A stretch of DNA of 64,000 nucleotides from Mobula hypostoma. Its lineage: Eukaryota. Each line of letters begins with the position of its first letter. Within the stretch, counting starts at the first letter, position 1. The translations under genes and the position numbers were made by a program. Under the pieces are notes generated by a model that saw only the letters and a program-made list of their open reading frames with translations, ran no database searches and was not told the origin of the DNA. The DNA lies in contig NC_086097.1 in NCBI RefSeq assembly GCF_963921235.1, positions 222,396,001 to 222,460,000 on the forward strand, written 5' to 3'. Shown here piece after piece: positions 13,165 through 26,775 of this stretch.

Positions 13165-13680
13165 CTCAGTTCGTCCTCCACCCACCCACCTTCCTGCTCA
13201 CCTGGTTTTATTTCTTCTTTTTTTAATTAGAGATACAGCATGGTAACAGGCCCTTTTGGGCCAACAAGCCTGCACCATCCATGTGACCAATTAACCTACT
13301 AATCTGTACGTCTTTAGAATATGGGAGGATACCGGAGCACCTAGAGAAAATCAACACAGGTCACAGGGAGAATGTACAAATTCCTTACAGTTAGTGGCCA
13401 GAATTGAACCCAAGTCACTGGAGCTGAAATAGTTTACACTGACTACTATACAACAATGCCACTCCTGCCATTTCACCTATCAACTGCCAGCTCGTACAAT
13501 CCCCCCACCACATTTTAATCTGATTTCCTACCCCTTCCTTTCCAGTCCTGATAAAGGGTCTCAGCCCAAACGATCAATTGTTTATTCCCTTCCATAGGTG
13601 CTACCTGACCTGCTGATTTCCTCCAGTACTGTGTGTACGTTCCTCTGGATTTCCAATATCTGCAGAATTTCTTGTGTTTA
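13165..13680 (+). mobile_element. PLE terminal fragment interrupted by a SINE (13225-13465, minus)
   Basis: Degenerate hammerhead cagtcctgataaagggtctcagcccaaac (13543-13571) plus the shared terminus. The SINE body matches 11220-11492. Confidence 0.7.
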
Positions 13681-13741
13681 TGATATCCAGGTATTGGTGG
13701 AGTCTGGCACATTAGATATTGTTTGCTGAATACAACTACAG

Positions 13742-14232
13742 TATGTCGCCTCACTATAGGAAGGATGTGGAAGCACTGGAAAGGGTACAGAGGAGATTTA
13801 CCAGGATGCTGCCTGGTTTAGAGAGTATGGATTATGATCAGAGATTAAGGGAGCTAGGGCTTTCCTCTTTGGGGAGAAGGAGGATGAGAGGAGACATGAT
13901 AGAAGTGTACAAAATATTAAGAGGGACAGATAGAGTGGACAGCCAGTGCCTCTTCCCCAGGGCACCACTGCTCAATACAAGAGGACGTGGCTTTAAGGTA
14001 AGGGGTGGGAAGTTCAAGGGGGATATTAGAGGAAGGTTTTTTACTCAGAGAGTGGTTGGTGCGTGGAATGCACTGCCTGAGTCAGTGGTGGAGGCAGAAG
14101 TTTAAGAGACTACTAGACAGGTATACGGAGGAATTTAAGGTGGGGGGTTATATGGGAGGCAGGGTTTGAGGGTTGGCACAACATTGTGGGCTGAAGGGTC
14201 TGTAATGTGCTGTACTATTCTATGTTCTATGT
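13742..14232 (+). mobile_element. Young 5'-truncated CR1 3' end
   Basis: SPHYRKDVEALERVQRRFTRMLPG...RGDMIEVYKI...FFTQRVVGAWN, with a (ttctatg)n tail. Nearly identical to 63480-64000 in reverse complement. Confidence 0.9.
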
Positions 14233-14237
14233 CATAA

Positions 14238-14972
14238 TATCAGAATTAGAATCGGGTTTATTAGCGCTCACATACTGTGTTTAGTGAATTTCTTGTTTTG
14301 CAGTAGCAAAAGCAGTGAAAGACCACACCAGTGTGGGCATTTATCCAGTGTGCAAAAGACAAGAACTGTGCAAATACAAATATAATAATAATAATAATAA
14401 TAAATAAGCAATGTATATTGAGAACATGAGATGAAGAGTCCTTGAAAGTGGGTCCAAAGGTTGTGGGGATGTTTCAATTATGAAGGGAAGTTGAGTAAAG
14501 TTATCCCCTCTGATTCTAGAGCCTGATGGTTGAGGGGTAATAACTGTTCCTGAACCTAGTGATATGACTCTTGAGGCTGCTGTACCTTCATTCTGATGTC
14601 AGCAGTGAGAACAGAAAATGTCCTAGGTGGTGGGCCAAGATGGGGGTGGGGCTTCATGATGAGGGACGCTGCTTTCCTGTGACAATGTTTCATGTAGATG
14701 TGCTCAATGGTGCGGCGGACTTTACCTGTGATGAAATGAGCTGTATCCACTACTTTTTGTAAGATTTTCTGTTTAATAACACTGAAGAATTTAAAGTTGC
14801 TGACCCTCTCCACCTCTTATCCTGCAATGAAGACTGACTCATGAACCTGTAGTTTCTGCATCCTGAAACCAAGCTCCCTGGTCTTGCTGACATTGAGTAA
14901 GAGGTTGTTGTTATGGCACCACCGTCAGATTATCAGTCTCCCTCCTATATGCTGATTCGTCACCAGCTTTGA
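14238..14972 (-). mobile_element. Rex1/Babar-type LINE 3' fragment
   Basis: ERVSNFKF and ILQKVVDTAHFITGK...IEHIY...C.RKAAS. The 3' UTR is shared with 30800-31470 and 35035-36190. Confidence 0.8.
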
Positions 14973-14979
14973 TTTGCTC

Positions 14980-17900
14980 TTTTGTGCATTTTTTTGGGGG
15001 GAATAGAGAGCATGTCAGTAGGGTTAGTACTTTGCTCTGGGTGTCGGATGTCCGATGTTGGAATCCTGGGGATCTTCCAGTCTCTCAGATGGCCACATCT
15101 GTGCCAGGTGCACCAAGATGCAGCTCCTGAGAGACTGTGTTAGCGATTTGAAGCTGTGGCTTGATCTACAGCTTATTAGGGAAAGTGAGCCAGGGATAGA
15201 TAGGAGCTGCAGGGAGTTGGTCACCCTGAGGCTGCAGGAGATAGATAAATGGGTGACTGTCAGGGAAAGGGAAGAGCTCAGATGGTAGAGAGCACCCCTG
15301 TGGCCATCCCCCCCAGTAATTGTTGTCTCGTTTTGGATGCTGTTGAGGAGGTGACCTGACAGACGATGACCACGGTGATCGGGTCTCTGGCACTAAGCCT
15401 GGTTCCGTGGTGCAGAAGGGAGAGAGGAAAATGAGGAATGCGGCAGACATAGAGGGGAACAGACGGGAGATTTGTTAGCCTGATAGAGATACCCGCATGG
15501 TGTGTTGCCTTCCAGGTGCCGGGGTATGGGACGTATGGGATGTCTCGGATCGAGTGCAGAGAATTCTGATGGGAGAGGGTGTATAGCCAGAAGTCTTGGT
15601 ACTTGTTGGTAGAAAAAGGGAGGGGGTCCTGAAGAGAAAATACAGGGCATTAGGTAGGAAGCTGAAAAACCGGACCTCCAGGGTAGTAATCTCTAGTAGT
15701 AATTGGACTACATCTGACTCCAACGAAATACTCGACGGGAGTACAGAAACAGACGTGATCCTGGACGCTGCCATTCAGCTGTTTATTTATGTAACAGTTT
15801 TCCCCCCAAGCCATCGGACTACCAACCTACTGCCCTCCGCTGTCTATTGTCTTGTTTATCATTTATTGTAATGCCTGCACTGTTCTGTGTACTTTATGCA
15901 GTCCTGGGTAGGTTTGTAGTCTAGTGTAGTTTTTGTGTTGTTTTACGTAGTTCGGTGTAGTTTTTGTATTGTTTCATGTAGCACCATGGTCCTGAAAAAT
16001 GTTGTCTCGTTTTTACTGTGTACTGTACCAGCAGTTATGGTCGAAATGACAATAAAAACTGGCTTGACTTGATTGACTTGACTTAGGAATGCTGCCTGTG
16101 CCATGTGCTAATGAGCACAAGAATAGTGTGATCAGGCATATTAATGCATGGCTGAGAGTCTGGTGTAGGGGGCAGGGCTTCAGATTCCTGGATCATTGGG
16201 GCCTCTTCTGGGGGAGGTATGACCTGTACGAATAGGACGGGTTACACCTGAACTCAAATGGGTCCAATATCCCAGCAGGCAGGTTTAATAGAGCTGTTCA
16301 GGAGGGTTTAATCTAATTTGGCAGGGTAATGGGAACCAGAGTGATAGGGTTGAGGAAGGGGAAAACAGAAATAAATCAAAGATAGTGTGCAACAGAGGAT
16401 GGAAAGGGCAGGCAGGAGATGAGGCGTATCACAGCCAGTGGGGTGAGTTACAGGGCAATAGAGGCATGGTACAGTTAAAACAGAAAGCAACAAATACTGG
16501 ACTGAAAGTGTTACATTTGAATGCACACAGCATAAGAAATAAAATGGACAATCTTGAAATTCAGTTACAGACTGGCAAGGCCTTCTCTGAAACTTGGCTA
16601 AAAGATGGCTGCCATTGGGAGCTGAACATCCAGGGATATACGGTGCATCGGAAAGATAGGTTAGTAGGCAGAGGGGGTGGTATGGCCCTGTGTATAAGAA
16701 AAATATTAAATCATTAGAAAGGGATGACATAGGTGTAGAGTCTCTAAGGGTTGAGTTAAGAAATGGCAAGGGTGAAAGGACCCTAATGGCAGTTGTATAC
16801 AGGCTTCCAAACGACAGCCAGGATGTGGATTACAAATTACAACAGGAGAAAGAAATGGCATGTCAGAAGGGCAATGCCATAATCATCATTGGGAATTTTA
16901 ACATAAAAGTGGATTGGGACAACCAGGTCAGTACTGGACCTCAAGAGAGAGAATTTGTAGGATGTCTAAGGGATGGCTTTTTAGAACAGCTGGTTGTTGA
17001 GCCCACTAGGCGATCAGCTGTGCTGAATTGGTTGTTGTGCAATGATCCAGAGGTGCTAAGAGAGTTTAAGGTTAAGGAGCCCTTAGGGAACAGTGATTAC
17101 AATATGATTGAGTTCAGTTTGAAATTTGAGAAGGAAAAACTAAAATCCAATGTGTCGGTATTTCAGTGGAATAAAGGTAAACTACAATGGCATGAGAGGG
17201 GAACTAGCCAAAGTTAACTGGAAAGAGACGCTAGCAGGAAGGACAGCAGAGCAGCAATGGCTCGAGTTTCTGTGAAAAATGAGGGAAGTGCAAGACAGAT
17301 ATGTTCCAAATAAGAAGAAATTTTTGAATGGAAGAAGGACACTACCATGGCTGACAAGTGAAGTCAGAGCCAAAGTAAAACAAAAGAGAGGGCATACAAG
17401 GAAGCCAAAGCTAATGGGAAGATAAGGGATTGGGAAGCTTTTAAAAAGTTGCAGAAGGAAACTAAGAAGGTAAAGATAAATTAAGAAAGGAAGCTGGCGA
17501 CTAATATCAAAAAAGATACCAAAAGCTTTTTTAAACATATAAAGGGTAAAAGAGAGTTGAGGGTAGATATAGAACCAATAAAAAATGATGCTGGAGATAT
17601 TATAATGAGAGACGCAGAGATGGCAAAGGAACTGAATGCATATTTTGCATCAGTCTTCACAGTGGAAGACATCTGCAGTATACCGGACCTTCAGGAGTGT
17701 CAGGGAAGTGAAGTATGTGCAGTGAAAATTACGACTGAGAAGGTACTCAGGAAGCTTAATGGTGTGAGGGTGGATAAATCTCCTGGACCTGAGGGAATGC
17801 ACCCTCGGGTTCTGAAGGAAGTAGCTGGAGAGATTGCAGAGGCATTGACAATAGTCTTTCAAGAATCGATAGATTCTTGCATTGTACCAGATGACTGGAA

Positions 17901-19310
17901 AATTGCAAATGTTACTCCACTAGTTAAGAAGGGTGAGAGGCAACAGAAAGGAAACTATAGACCTGTTAGCCTGACATCAGTGGTTGGGTCGTTGTTGGAG
18001 TCGATTGTTAAGGATGCGATTACGGAGTACCTGGAGGCACATGACAATATACGTAAAAGCCAGCATGGTTTCCTGAAAAGAAAATCCTGCCTGACAACCT
18101 TCTGCAATTCTTTGAGGATATTTCAAGCAGGGTAGACAAAGGAGATGCAGGAGATGTGGTGTACTTCGATTTTCAGAAAGCCTTTGACAGGGTGCTGCAT
18201 ATGAGGCTGCTTAGCAAGATAAGAGCCCATGGAATTACAGGGAAGTTATTAGCATGGGTGGAGCATTGACTGATCAGCAGAAAACAGAGAGTGGGAATAA
18301 AGGGATCCCTATTCTGGCTGCCTGCCGTTACCAGTGGAGTTCCACAGGGGTCGTTGTCGAGACCACTGCTTTTTACGATGTATGTTAATGATGTGGACTA
18401 TGGTATTAATGAATTTGTGGCTAAATGATACAAAGGTAGGTGGAGGAGCAGGTAGTGTTGAGGAAACAGAGAGCCTGCAGAGAGACTTAAATAGTTTAGG
18501 AGAATGGGCAAAGAAGTGGCAAATGAAATACAATATTGGGAAGTGTATGGTCATGCACTTTGATGGAAGAAGTAAATGGGCAGACTATTATTTAGATGGG
18601 GAGAGAATTCAAAATGCAAAGGACTTGGGAGTTCTTGTGCAGATACCCTAAAGGTTAACCTCCAAGTTGAGTCGGTGATGAAGAAGGCAAATGCAATGTT
18701 GGCATTCATTTCTAGAGGTATAGAATATAAGAGCAGGGATGTGATGTTGAGGCTCTATAGGTCACTCATGAGGTCACACTTGGAGTATTATGTGCAGTTT
18801 TAGAAAGGATATACTGACATTGGAGAGGGTTCAGAGAAGATTCCAAGAATGAAATGGTTACCATATGAGGAAAGTTTGGCAGCTCTTGGGCTATATTCCC
18901 TGGAGTTCAGGAGAATGAGGGAGTCTCATAGAAGCATTCTGAATGTTAAAAGGCCTGAACAGACTAGAAATGGCAAAGTTATTTCCCATGGTAGGGTAGT
19001 CTAGGATAAGAGGGCATGGCTTCAGGTTTGAAGGATATCCATTTAGAACAGAGATGCGGAGAAATTACTTTAGTCAGAGGGTGGTAAATCTGTGGAATTT
19101 GTTGCCACAAAAGGCTGTGGAGGCCAAGTCATTGGGTGTATTTAAGGCAGAGGTAGATAGGTTCTTGATTAGCCAGGTCATCAAAGTGTATGGGAAGAAG
19201 GCAGGGGAGTGGCGATGTCTGGAAGAATTTGATCAGCTTTTGATTGAATGGCAGAGCAGACTTGATGGGCCGAATGGCCTACCCCTGCTCCTATATCTTA
19301 TGGTCTTATG
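14980..19310 (+). mobile_element. Near-full-length decayed CR1 LINE (ORF1 esterase plus ORF2 APE-RT), interrupted at ~15696-16084
   Basis: ORF1 has CARC, CCLPGA and DGLHLN. ORF2 has LNAHSIRNK, SETWL, VYRLP, GNFN, LGNSD, KSPGPEGMHPRVLKE, YRPVSLTS, QHGF, DFQKAFD, SGVPQGS and WQMKYN..KC.VMHF. Many frameshifts; ends in a tcttatgg tail. Confidence 0.93.
15696..16084 (+). mobile_element. Short 3'-end LINE fragment (Rex1-like) inserted in CR1 ORF1
   Basis: Splits gtagtaatctc|ggaatgctgcctgtgcc, which is contiguous in the paralog at 7774-7801. Ends with AATAAA and a (gactt)n tail. Confidence 0.7.
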
Positions 19311-19314
19311 GCCC

Positions 19315-20400
19315 TACGACAGTGGTGTCACCAACAAACTAGAATATGGCATTGCAGCTGTGCTTCACCACACAGTTATAAGTGTAAAGTGAATAGAGCT
19401 AAGCACATGGCCTTGTGAAGCACCTGTGTTGATGTTGATCATAGAGGAGATGGTGTTGCCAGTCAGAACTGTCTACGGTCTGTAAGTGAGGTAATTGCAA
19501 ATCCAATTGCATAAGGAGCTATTAAGGCCAAGCTCTTGACGCTTATTGATTAGTTTTGAGGGGATGATAGTATTGAATGCTGAGCTATAGCCGATAAAGA
19601 GCTTCCTAACGTAAGCATCTTTGCTGTCTTGATGTTGTAGGGTTGAGTGAAGAGCTAGTGAGATAGCTGTGTATCTGTTGCTCCAGGAGGCAAATCGGAA
19701 TGGATCCAAGTTGCTCCTCAGGCAGAAGTTAACATGTTTCATCATCAATCTCTCAAAATACTTCATCACTTCATCACTGTGAATGGTAGTCATTGGACGG
19801 TAGTGATTGAAGCAGGGTACCATGTTTTTCTTAGGCACCAGTGTAACTGAAGCCTGCTTGAAGCAGGTAGATACCTCAAACTGCCAAAGCAAGAAATTAA
19901 AGATCTCAGTGAACACTCCAGCCAGTTGATTAGCACAGGTTTTTAGTACTTGGCCAAGTACCCCTTCTGGGCTAAATGCTTTGCATGAGTTCACCCTCCT
20001 GAAGACTGCTTGAAGGTCATGTTCAGAGACTGAAATCTCAGGACCATCGGGGGCTGTGGGAGATCGTGTAATTCCTCCATGTTTTGATGGTCAAAGTGAG
20101 CATAGAAGGCATTGAGCTCATCTGGAAGCAAAGCCCTGTTGTTGCCTATGTTGCTTGAATCAACTTTATAAGAGCTAGTATTACTCAAACCCTGCCACAA
20201 TTGTCAAGCACCCTTCGTTGATTCAAGTTTAGCCCAGAATTGCCACTTCATCTGTGTGATGGCTTTCTAGCAATCATACCTGGACTGTTTGTAACTTCCT
20301 CGGTCATCAGAATTGAATGCCTCTGATCTGGTTCTCAGATCAGAATCTGAATGATTTTGTGGGAACACACTCATCTACAACTGTTTTAATAAAGTCCAAT
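19315..20400 (-). mobile_element. Rex1/Babar-type LINE RT fragment
   Basis: LKTCANQLAGVFTEIFN, VPKK...YRP, DPFRFA, YSSAFNTIIP and LCNWI..YLT.RP. Confidence 0.88.
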
Positions 20401-20559
20401 TTTTGCACTTAAATGTGCCATACCTGATTGGTCTGCCAAGTCCTTCAGGCATTAATGAAATCTGTAGATTATTAAGCTGATTTAAACATACATTGCTTAG
20501 AGGGAAACTACATGCTGCAGATTGCAGTAAGAGTAATTCAAAAATGATATATTGTACAC

Positions 20560-21190
20560 AGCCCTCAGAATGTCACCGCACCATCTCCATCTTCTGATAC
20601 ATTGAGTACACATTGCCTGTGCATTCAGTGAGTCATCTATCCCAATTTGGTCGCAGTCCTCAAATATTTGAAAGGGATAACTTTATCTATCCATCAGTTA
20701 GCAGCACTCATAGGCGAGATGGCTGCAGTCTAGACTCCTGAACCACAGATCTGTTGGGTGACCTCCATCTTTGTTGGAATTACAGTTGAAATCATTGCCT
20801 TTTTCCTGTTGACACATACTGACATGCAGCTGCCATCCATTAGTCCCTTGGTGAAGGTGGATTCTCACCTCCACCAAGGAATCTTTCATCCTCTTCATTA
20901 TCTTTTCCAATCGTTCTGGATGGTTGATCAATATAACCAACATCACAGCAACCTTCCAATGTGTTCTCTACATAGTTTTATAGAGTCCTCGGAAAACAGG
21001 TTTTGGTTATGTGACTTTGAACAATTGTACAATTTATGTGAAATTGTAATGAGCTACCATCTACTCCAACCGGTTCACAGGATCACTCATACTTCACCAT
21101 TGAAATTCATGCCTCAATTTTAGCTGTGCACTTTGTAAGGTTCCAGCATCTGAGCTGGTAAATGGGAATGACCAGCATATAGATCACACT
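20560..21190 (-). mobile_element. Possible very decayed Gypsy/Ty3 RT remnant
   Basis: Minus-strand pieces read TLEGCCDVGYID..HPERLEKIMKR and CVLNVSE, resembling the YxDD...H..RL..VL.R...KC region of LTR-retrotransposon RT. Confidence 0.35.
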
Positions 21191-21565
21191 GTTATTACTT
21201 TAATACCTAAAATAAAATCAGTCAATCCATGGAAGGACTTGACCACGTAATCCACATATCAGCAATAACAAAATCTACCTTAAGCAATATATGCATTCAT
21301 CGTTTACAAATCAATAAAATTCTATTGACTATTACTAATCAATGTTTTGCGATAGTATCGATATTCCACATGGGATACTAATTTTGCTCATTTAAAATAT
21401 ACATTAGTAATTAATCAAATAAAGAGTTATAAGCAAACTAAAGTTATGAAGAAGAACAGTTAATTTGTTAACAGGCTTAATGAGTGTGAAGGGCACAGCA
21501 GCTGGAAATTATTCAAACCAAACAGTTCACTGCAGATCAGATCAATGAGAATAAAGGTTGTTTTA

Positions 21566-22051
21566 AACACAAGCGATTCATCAGATGCTGGAAATCAGGA
21601 GTAACGCACAAAATGTTGGAAGAACTCAGCAGGTCAGGCAGCATCTATGGAAGGGAATAAATAGTCAGTGTTTTGGGTTGAGACCCTTCATCAGGACTGG
21701 AAAGAAAGGGGGAAGAAGTAAGAATAAGGAAGTGGAGGGAGTGGAATGACTACAAGCTGATGATAGGTGAAGCTCGATGAGGGAAAGATAGGTTGGTGGA
21801 GAAGGGGGGAAATGGGATGATAAGCTGGGAGGTGATAGGTGGAAAAGATGAAGAATAAGGAATCTGATTAGAGAGGAGGGTGTACCATGGGATACCTATG
21901 ACCTGCCAGTTTGTGCTTCTGCATCCCCCACCTTCTTATTGCATCTTCTAGTCCCTTCCTTTCCAGGCTCCCTTGGTCCAAAATTTCAACTGTTTAATCC
22001 TTTCCATAGATGATGTCTGAATTTTTGAGCTCCTCCAACATTTTGTGTGTG
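21566..22051 (-). mobile_element. PLE terminal fragment with inverted piece
   Basis: Degenerate hammerhead on minus at 21661-21700. Flanked by ataaaggttgtttta / ataaaggtttgtttta (21551-21565 / 22052-22067). Confidence 0.75.
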
Positions 22052-23321
22052 ATAAAGGTTTGTTTTACTGCTGTCATTGAGGACAACCACCATCTCAGAA
22101 GACAAGGAAATAAAAGGGAACAAGACAGTGAGTAGAAGAGAAAGAAAAACAATATTATCTAAACAAACACGCACATTTTGCAGCGCATACAAAAAACGCA
22201 GTACATTCATTACCCAGTGTTTCTCATTTTTGGTTGATATATTTTGAGTCAGCTTATTAATGCACAAAATGCAGTGGAAAACAAAATAACAAAGTACATT
22301 ACTGTTTATCAGAATTCATAGAAAATGTGCTCTGCATAAGTGTGCCAGCTAATGAGTAACAAAAAAAAAGATCTTTCACTTTACTAGTATCTAGTTTCCA
22401 AACTAGTTACAGCTGAGCTGCAGGATTTACACGTTTGGAAGGAATGATAGATTTTACACACATTCATAGATTTTGTGCATGTATTGGTTCAGTGTTCACC
22501 ATTCATATTGCTTATAGCTAAACACATTTATTTTCTGGAATTTTGCTTGAAAGCATATCGCCCTTGTTACAACGCATAAAGAAGCTCGATTGTGCATATG
22601 AACAAATACTAAGACTCTTCAATTAATTTGTCTGAAGAATCCTTACTGAAACACATAAGAGTAAAAATTAATTTCATTGTTTACTCTAGGAAATATAATA
22701 CATGAAGTATATATTAAATTTAAATCATGCACAGAAAATAAAATAAACATTAGGAAAAGCAGGATTGAAAGAGATCAAAGTAATGGATGCCAAGTTGTCC
22801 ATCTCTAACAGCAGGTGCAATGAGCCTCCACATCTGTAAAATTAGAATTTCAAGGCTACACAGATTGTTTGATAATAGTTCAAGTTAAAAATTCTTTTCC
22901 TGAATGTAATAGTCCTAGCATTTAGCTTTTGTTTTGAAAAACTAGTAGTAAGTCCCTCAAGTTTATGCATTATTGCATTTTTAATGCCATATCTAACAGT
23001 GAGAATTGTGATAGTGGACTTGTGAAGTATATGTGACAGTTGCTTCAGATATTTTAACTGTACTGCATTGAATTGTAAGGTTTCCCTGTTCCATCAATGA
23101 GCGTTAGTTTCACTGTTACTAACTATACAAACGCCAAGCAATTACTTCATGTCCATTTATCCCTTAAAACTAAATTTATATTTCTCCATCAGAAGGTCAG
23201 TTATAATTCTGTTTTATATTTTACTGCAAGACAATGCATAAAGTATATGTTCCAATTTCTCCTAGAGACCTTCATACTGGAATGTTTCCTTTAAACAGCT
23301 TATAATCTTTATCATAAGTAA

Positions 23322-23670
23322 GTCTCCAGATGCTGGAAAACCAAAACAACACACACAAAATGCTGGAGGAACTCAGGAGGTCATGCAGCGTCTATGGAAA
23401 TGAATCATTTATGGAAATTAATAAACAGTTGACATTACTGGCTGAAATCCTACTTCAGGACTGAAGAACAAAGACAAAGGTCTCACTCTAAGTAAGAACT
23501 GGAATTTGATTATAAACAAGGTTGAACAGCGGAAACCTGATTGCAGATGACGGGGGTATAAATACCACCAGATTAGATATGTCCAGGCATCATCCCTGAT
23601 GAAGGTGGCAGTTTGTTATCAAGCGTCAGTTAAAATCGATACCAGGAAGCCCAAGAAGAGTTTATTTGAT
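23322..23670. mobile_element. Two PLE terminal remnants (23322-23465 minus; ~23500-23670 plus, probably a second family)
   Basis: The first has the shared terminus cacacacaaaatgctggaggaactc. The second has ccctgatgaaggtggcagtttgttatc-aagcgtc, a degenerate hammerhead. Confidence 0.55.
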
Positions 23671-23972
23671 AACATATATATTACATTGGAGCTTTTTTAC
23701 TTCAACATGTTATCTTGAATTTTGGCATAATTAAAATATTGGGAACTAAAGATGTGGTATATTTGGTTATTAGTTTGTCTGATACTATACCACATATATA
23801 GAAATAGTTTAAAAGATATTCTGAATTTTGTATGATTGCATGTGTGCTGCTTAAATATGCAACATCATAGTTCCAGGTTTCTTCATGCAGTTCCTATCAT
23901 CTGAAGAACTTCAGAAATCTAATTGTCATCATCACATTTGATAGACAACCAATCAATTATCCGCAGTTAGTT

Positions 23973-24131
23973 CACAAACATGAAAAAATCTGCAAATACT
24001 GGAAACTGGAGCAACACATACAGAATGCCGGAGGAACTCAGTAGGCTAGGCAGCACCGAAACACTGACTGTACTTTTTTTCCATATATGCTGCCTGGCCT
24101 GCTGAGTTCCTCCAGCATTTTGTGTGTGTTG
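23973..24131. mobile_element. Palindromic PLE terminal insertion
   Basis: Inverted arms, with direct repeats atccgcagttagtt / atccacggttagtt (23959-23972 / 24132-24145). Confidence 0.8.
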
Positions 24132-24379
24132 ATCCACGGTTAGTTTCTACTGCACCTGCCTATTAACATTACACACACAGCAAATTTGCTCTGCATTCCC
24201 ATGTTTTCACTATCCAACCAACACTAACTGTGTTGTTCATTAGTTGGATATATAAGCAGGGAGGCCAGCGTCATGAGTAGATAGCTCCTGCTAAAGTATT
24301 CATATAGTTCTGAGAGTTGTATAGCATGGCAATAGGTCTTTCACCCCACCATGTTATCAGTAATCCATAAAATAAACAG

Positions 24380-25300
24380 CTCCCTGTCCTACTGTCAAGA
24401 CCTTAGTATTGGCAGGATATTTATTAGTCTCACAACCTGAAGAAATAAACTGTTGTTGCCCAGTGTGATAGACCTAGTACTGAAACTTCTGGTACCTCCT
24501 TCCTGATGTAGTGGATCAGAAATTATAGGATGGGTGGTAGAGATCCTCATCAATGTTTCAGTCCCACTGTATACAACGGTCTTGGTAAATGTCAGAATAG
24601 GGGAGTGGGTGATCCTCTTGGTGTGTTTTACTATCCTCTGTAGGATCTTGTAGTCTGATTCCTTCCATACCATGCAATGATGCAGCCAGACAGGGCATTC
24701 GATAGTGCTGCTGCAGAAATTTGTTAGAATGGGGGTGGAGAACTTTGAATGCTTCAATATCTTCTGAAACAGGCAGCCCTGTGGGGCACCAGTGCTCAGG
24801 ATGATGAAGTTTGAGATATTGCTGCCAACTCAGTCTGACTGGCACCTTTCCATCAAGAAGTTACAGAGAGATATGTTGAGTCCCAATAGGGACAGTTTAT
24901 TCACCAGCCTCGGGGGGGCGGGGCGGTGATTGTGCTGAATGCCCATCTGAAGTTGATGAATAACATCCTGGTGTATGAAGCATCGTTTTCTAGGTGGAAC
25001 AGGATGGAGTGAAGGGTCAAGGCTATGGCATCATCAGTGGACCGGTTTGAGCAGTAGACGGACTGGAAAAGGTTCACTGTAGCTGAAAGGTGAGATTTTG
25101 CATGATTCATTACCAGCTGCTCAAATCACTACATGATTGTTGAGGTCAGTACCATTGGGTGGTAATCGACCAGGCCAGTTATTGTCACTCTCTTGGGCAC
25201 TAGAATGATTTTGGCTTCCTTGAAGCTTGCAGGGACAGTAGACTAGTGTAAAGAGATGATAAGATGTCCATTAAGACTTCTGCTAGCTGGGCCGCAACTG
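24380..25300 (-). mobile_element. Rex1/Babar-type LINE RT fragment
   Basis: NRSTDDAIALTLHSIL.HLE...YTRMLFINF..AFSTI and ILTNF..STIE...ILQRIVK. Confidence 0.82.
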
Positions 25301-25879
25301 TATATAATATGCTTATTTGACTTACCATAATCCATTGCTTTGCACTGGATTGAACTTCATCTGCCATTGCTCTGCTCAGCTTTCCAGCTGTGACATAAAA
25401 AAATTGTTTTCATTACCTTCAAAACCACAAATTTTCACATCATCTGCAAAATGATTTGATCTTCCACATTCATATCCAAATTATTAATATTACCATTCCA
25501 CCACTGCCTTTCTACCAGTACTTACTCTGAAGTATCAGGCAGAAAGCTCAGACCACTGCTATTATGCCAAATTCGAGTTGCTCCAGGAACTGCAAGTTCA
25601 ATTACGTTTGCCCTCCACAGAAAATTGGGCCAGCGCCGTGTTCCAAAAGCTAATTAACTAGGCATTAATGGAATCCACAGAGGTAATTAGTTCTCTTTTG
25701 TATGCCTTTATGGATTAGATTGTTTTTTTATATACCAGCTTTTGTTTGTTTCATTTTGGCTGAGCAGCTGTTGTGGTGATCAGTGGGAGGTGAGGTCATG
25801 TGTGAGACTGAATGGGGAGATCGCCTACAGTTCCTTGTATAACATTTGATTTAATTTTTCACTGACAGTGCAGATGGAA

Positions 25880-26775
25880 GGGACCTGTCTAATTTGTCTC
25901 ACCTTTTCTTCCTCCTCTATCTCCCACTATCTAAGGAGGGGAAGCGAAAGCTACTGAATTGTTAGCCTTAAGTCAGTAGTAAGGGATTGTTAGGATCTCT
26001 TATAAAAGAAGTGGTATCCAAGCATTTTAAATTTAAAGGAGACCTGAAAGGCAAGCTTTTCACACAAGAGGTGGTTGATGCATGAAATAAGCTGCCAGAG
26101 GCAGGTACAATTGCGACATTAAAGATATTTGGATGGATTAATGGATAGAAAAGATATTTAGAAGGATATGGGTCAGATGCAGGAAAATAGGACTAGGTCA
26201 GGAAGGCACCTTGATCAGCATGGACAAGTTAGGCTAAAGAGCTATGACTCAAAAGAGTTTTGAGTACAAGAGTAGAGATGTCTTTTGTATAAATTCTTTG
26301 ATTATTATGCGCAAGCTTGGTTTACTTGCCTAACAAAGGACTCCTGCTTTTAAACAAATTGTAATGAAAGTTCACTAGGCAGGTCTTTGGGATGGTTGAT
26401 CTGTCATATGAGGGTTGGAGTCGGCTCGGCTGCTGATCTTTAGAGTTTAGAAAAGTAAGAGCTCAACAGAATAAATGCAGGAGGATAGTTTCCTGACTAA
26501 GATGGTAAAACAAGGAGTCACAATCCTGAGCTAAGCAGTAAAATAACCAGATTTTATTTCCCCTTCAGAGGGCTTTGCAAACCTCTGACATGGGGAATGT
26601 GGAGGCTTGGGCAATGATTGCTATCAAATTGAGATTCACATATTCCAGAAAATCCATGAACTCAAACAATATGAGGATATCACAGAAGGAATGTTGTTGA
26701 GGAACAAGATCAGCCATAATATTGAATGGCAGAGCAGGCTTGAGAATCTAAGTAGCCTTTTTCCTTATGTTGTTA
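25880..26775 (+). mobile_element. Cluster of decayed CR1 fragments
   Basis: Pieces such as aagcttttcacacaagaggtggttgatgcatgaaataagctgcc and gaatggcagagcaggcttga match CR1 3' regions elsewhere in the window. Confidence 0.6.
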
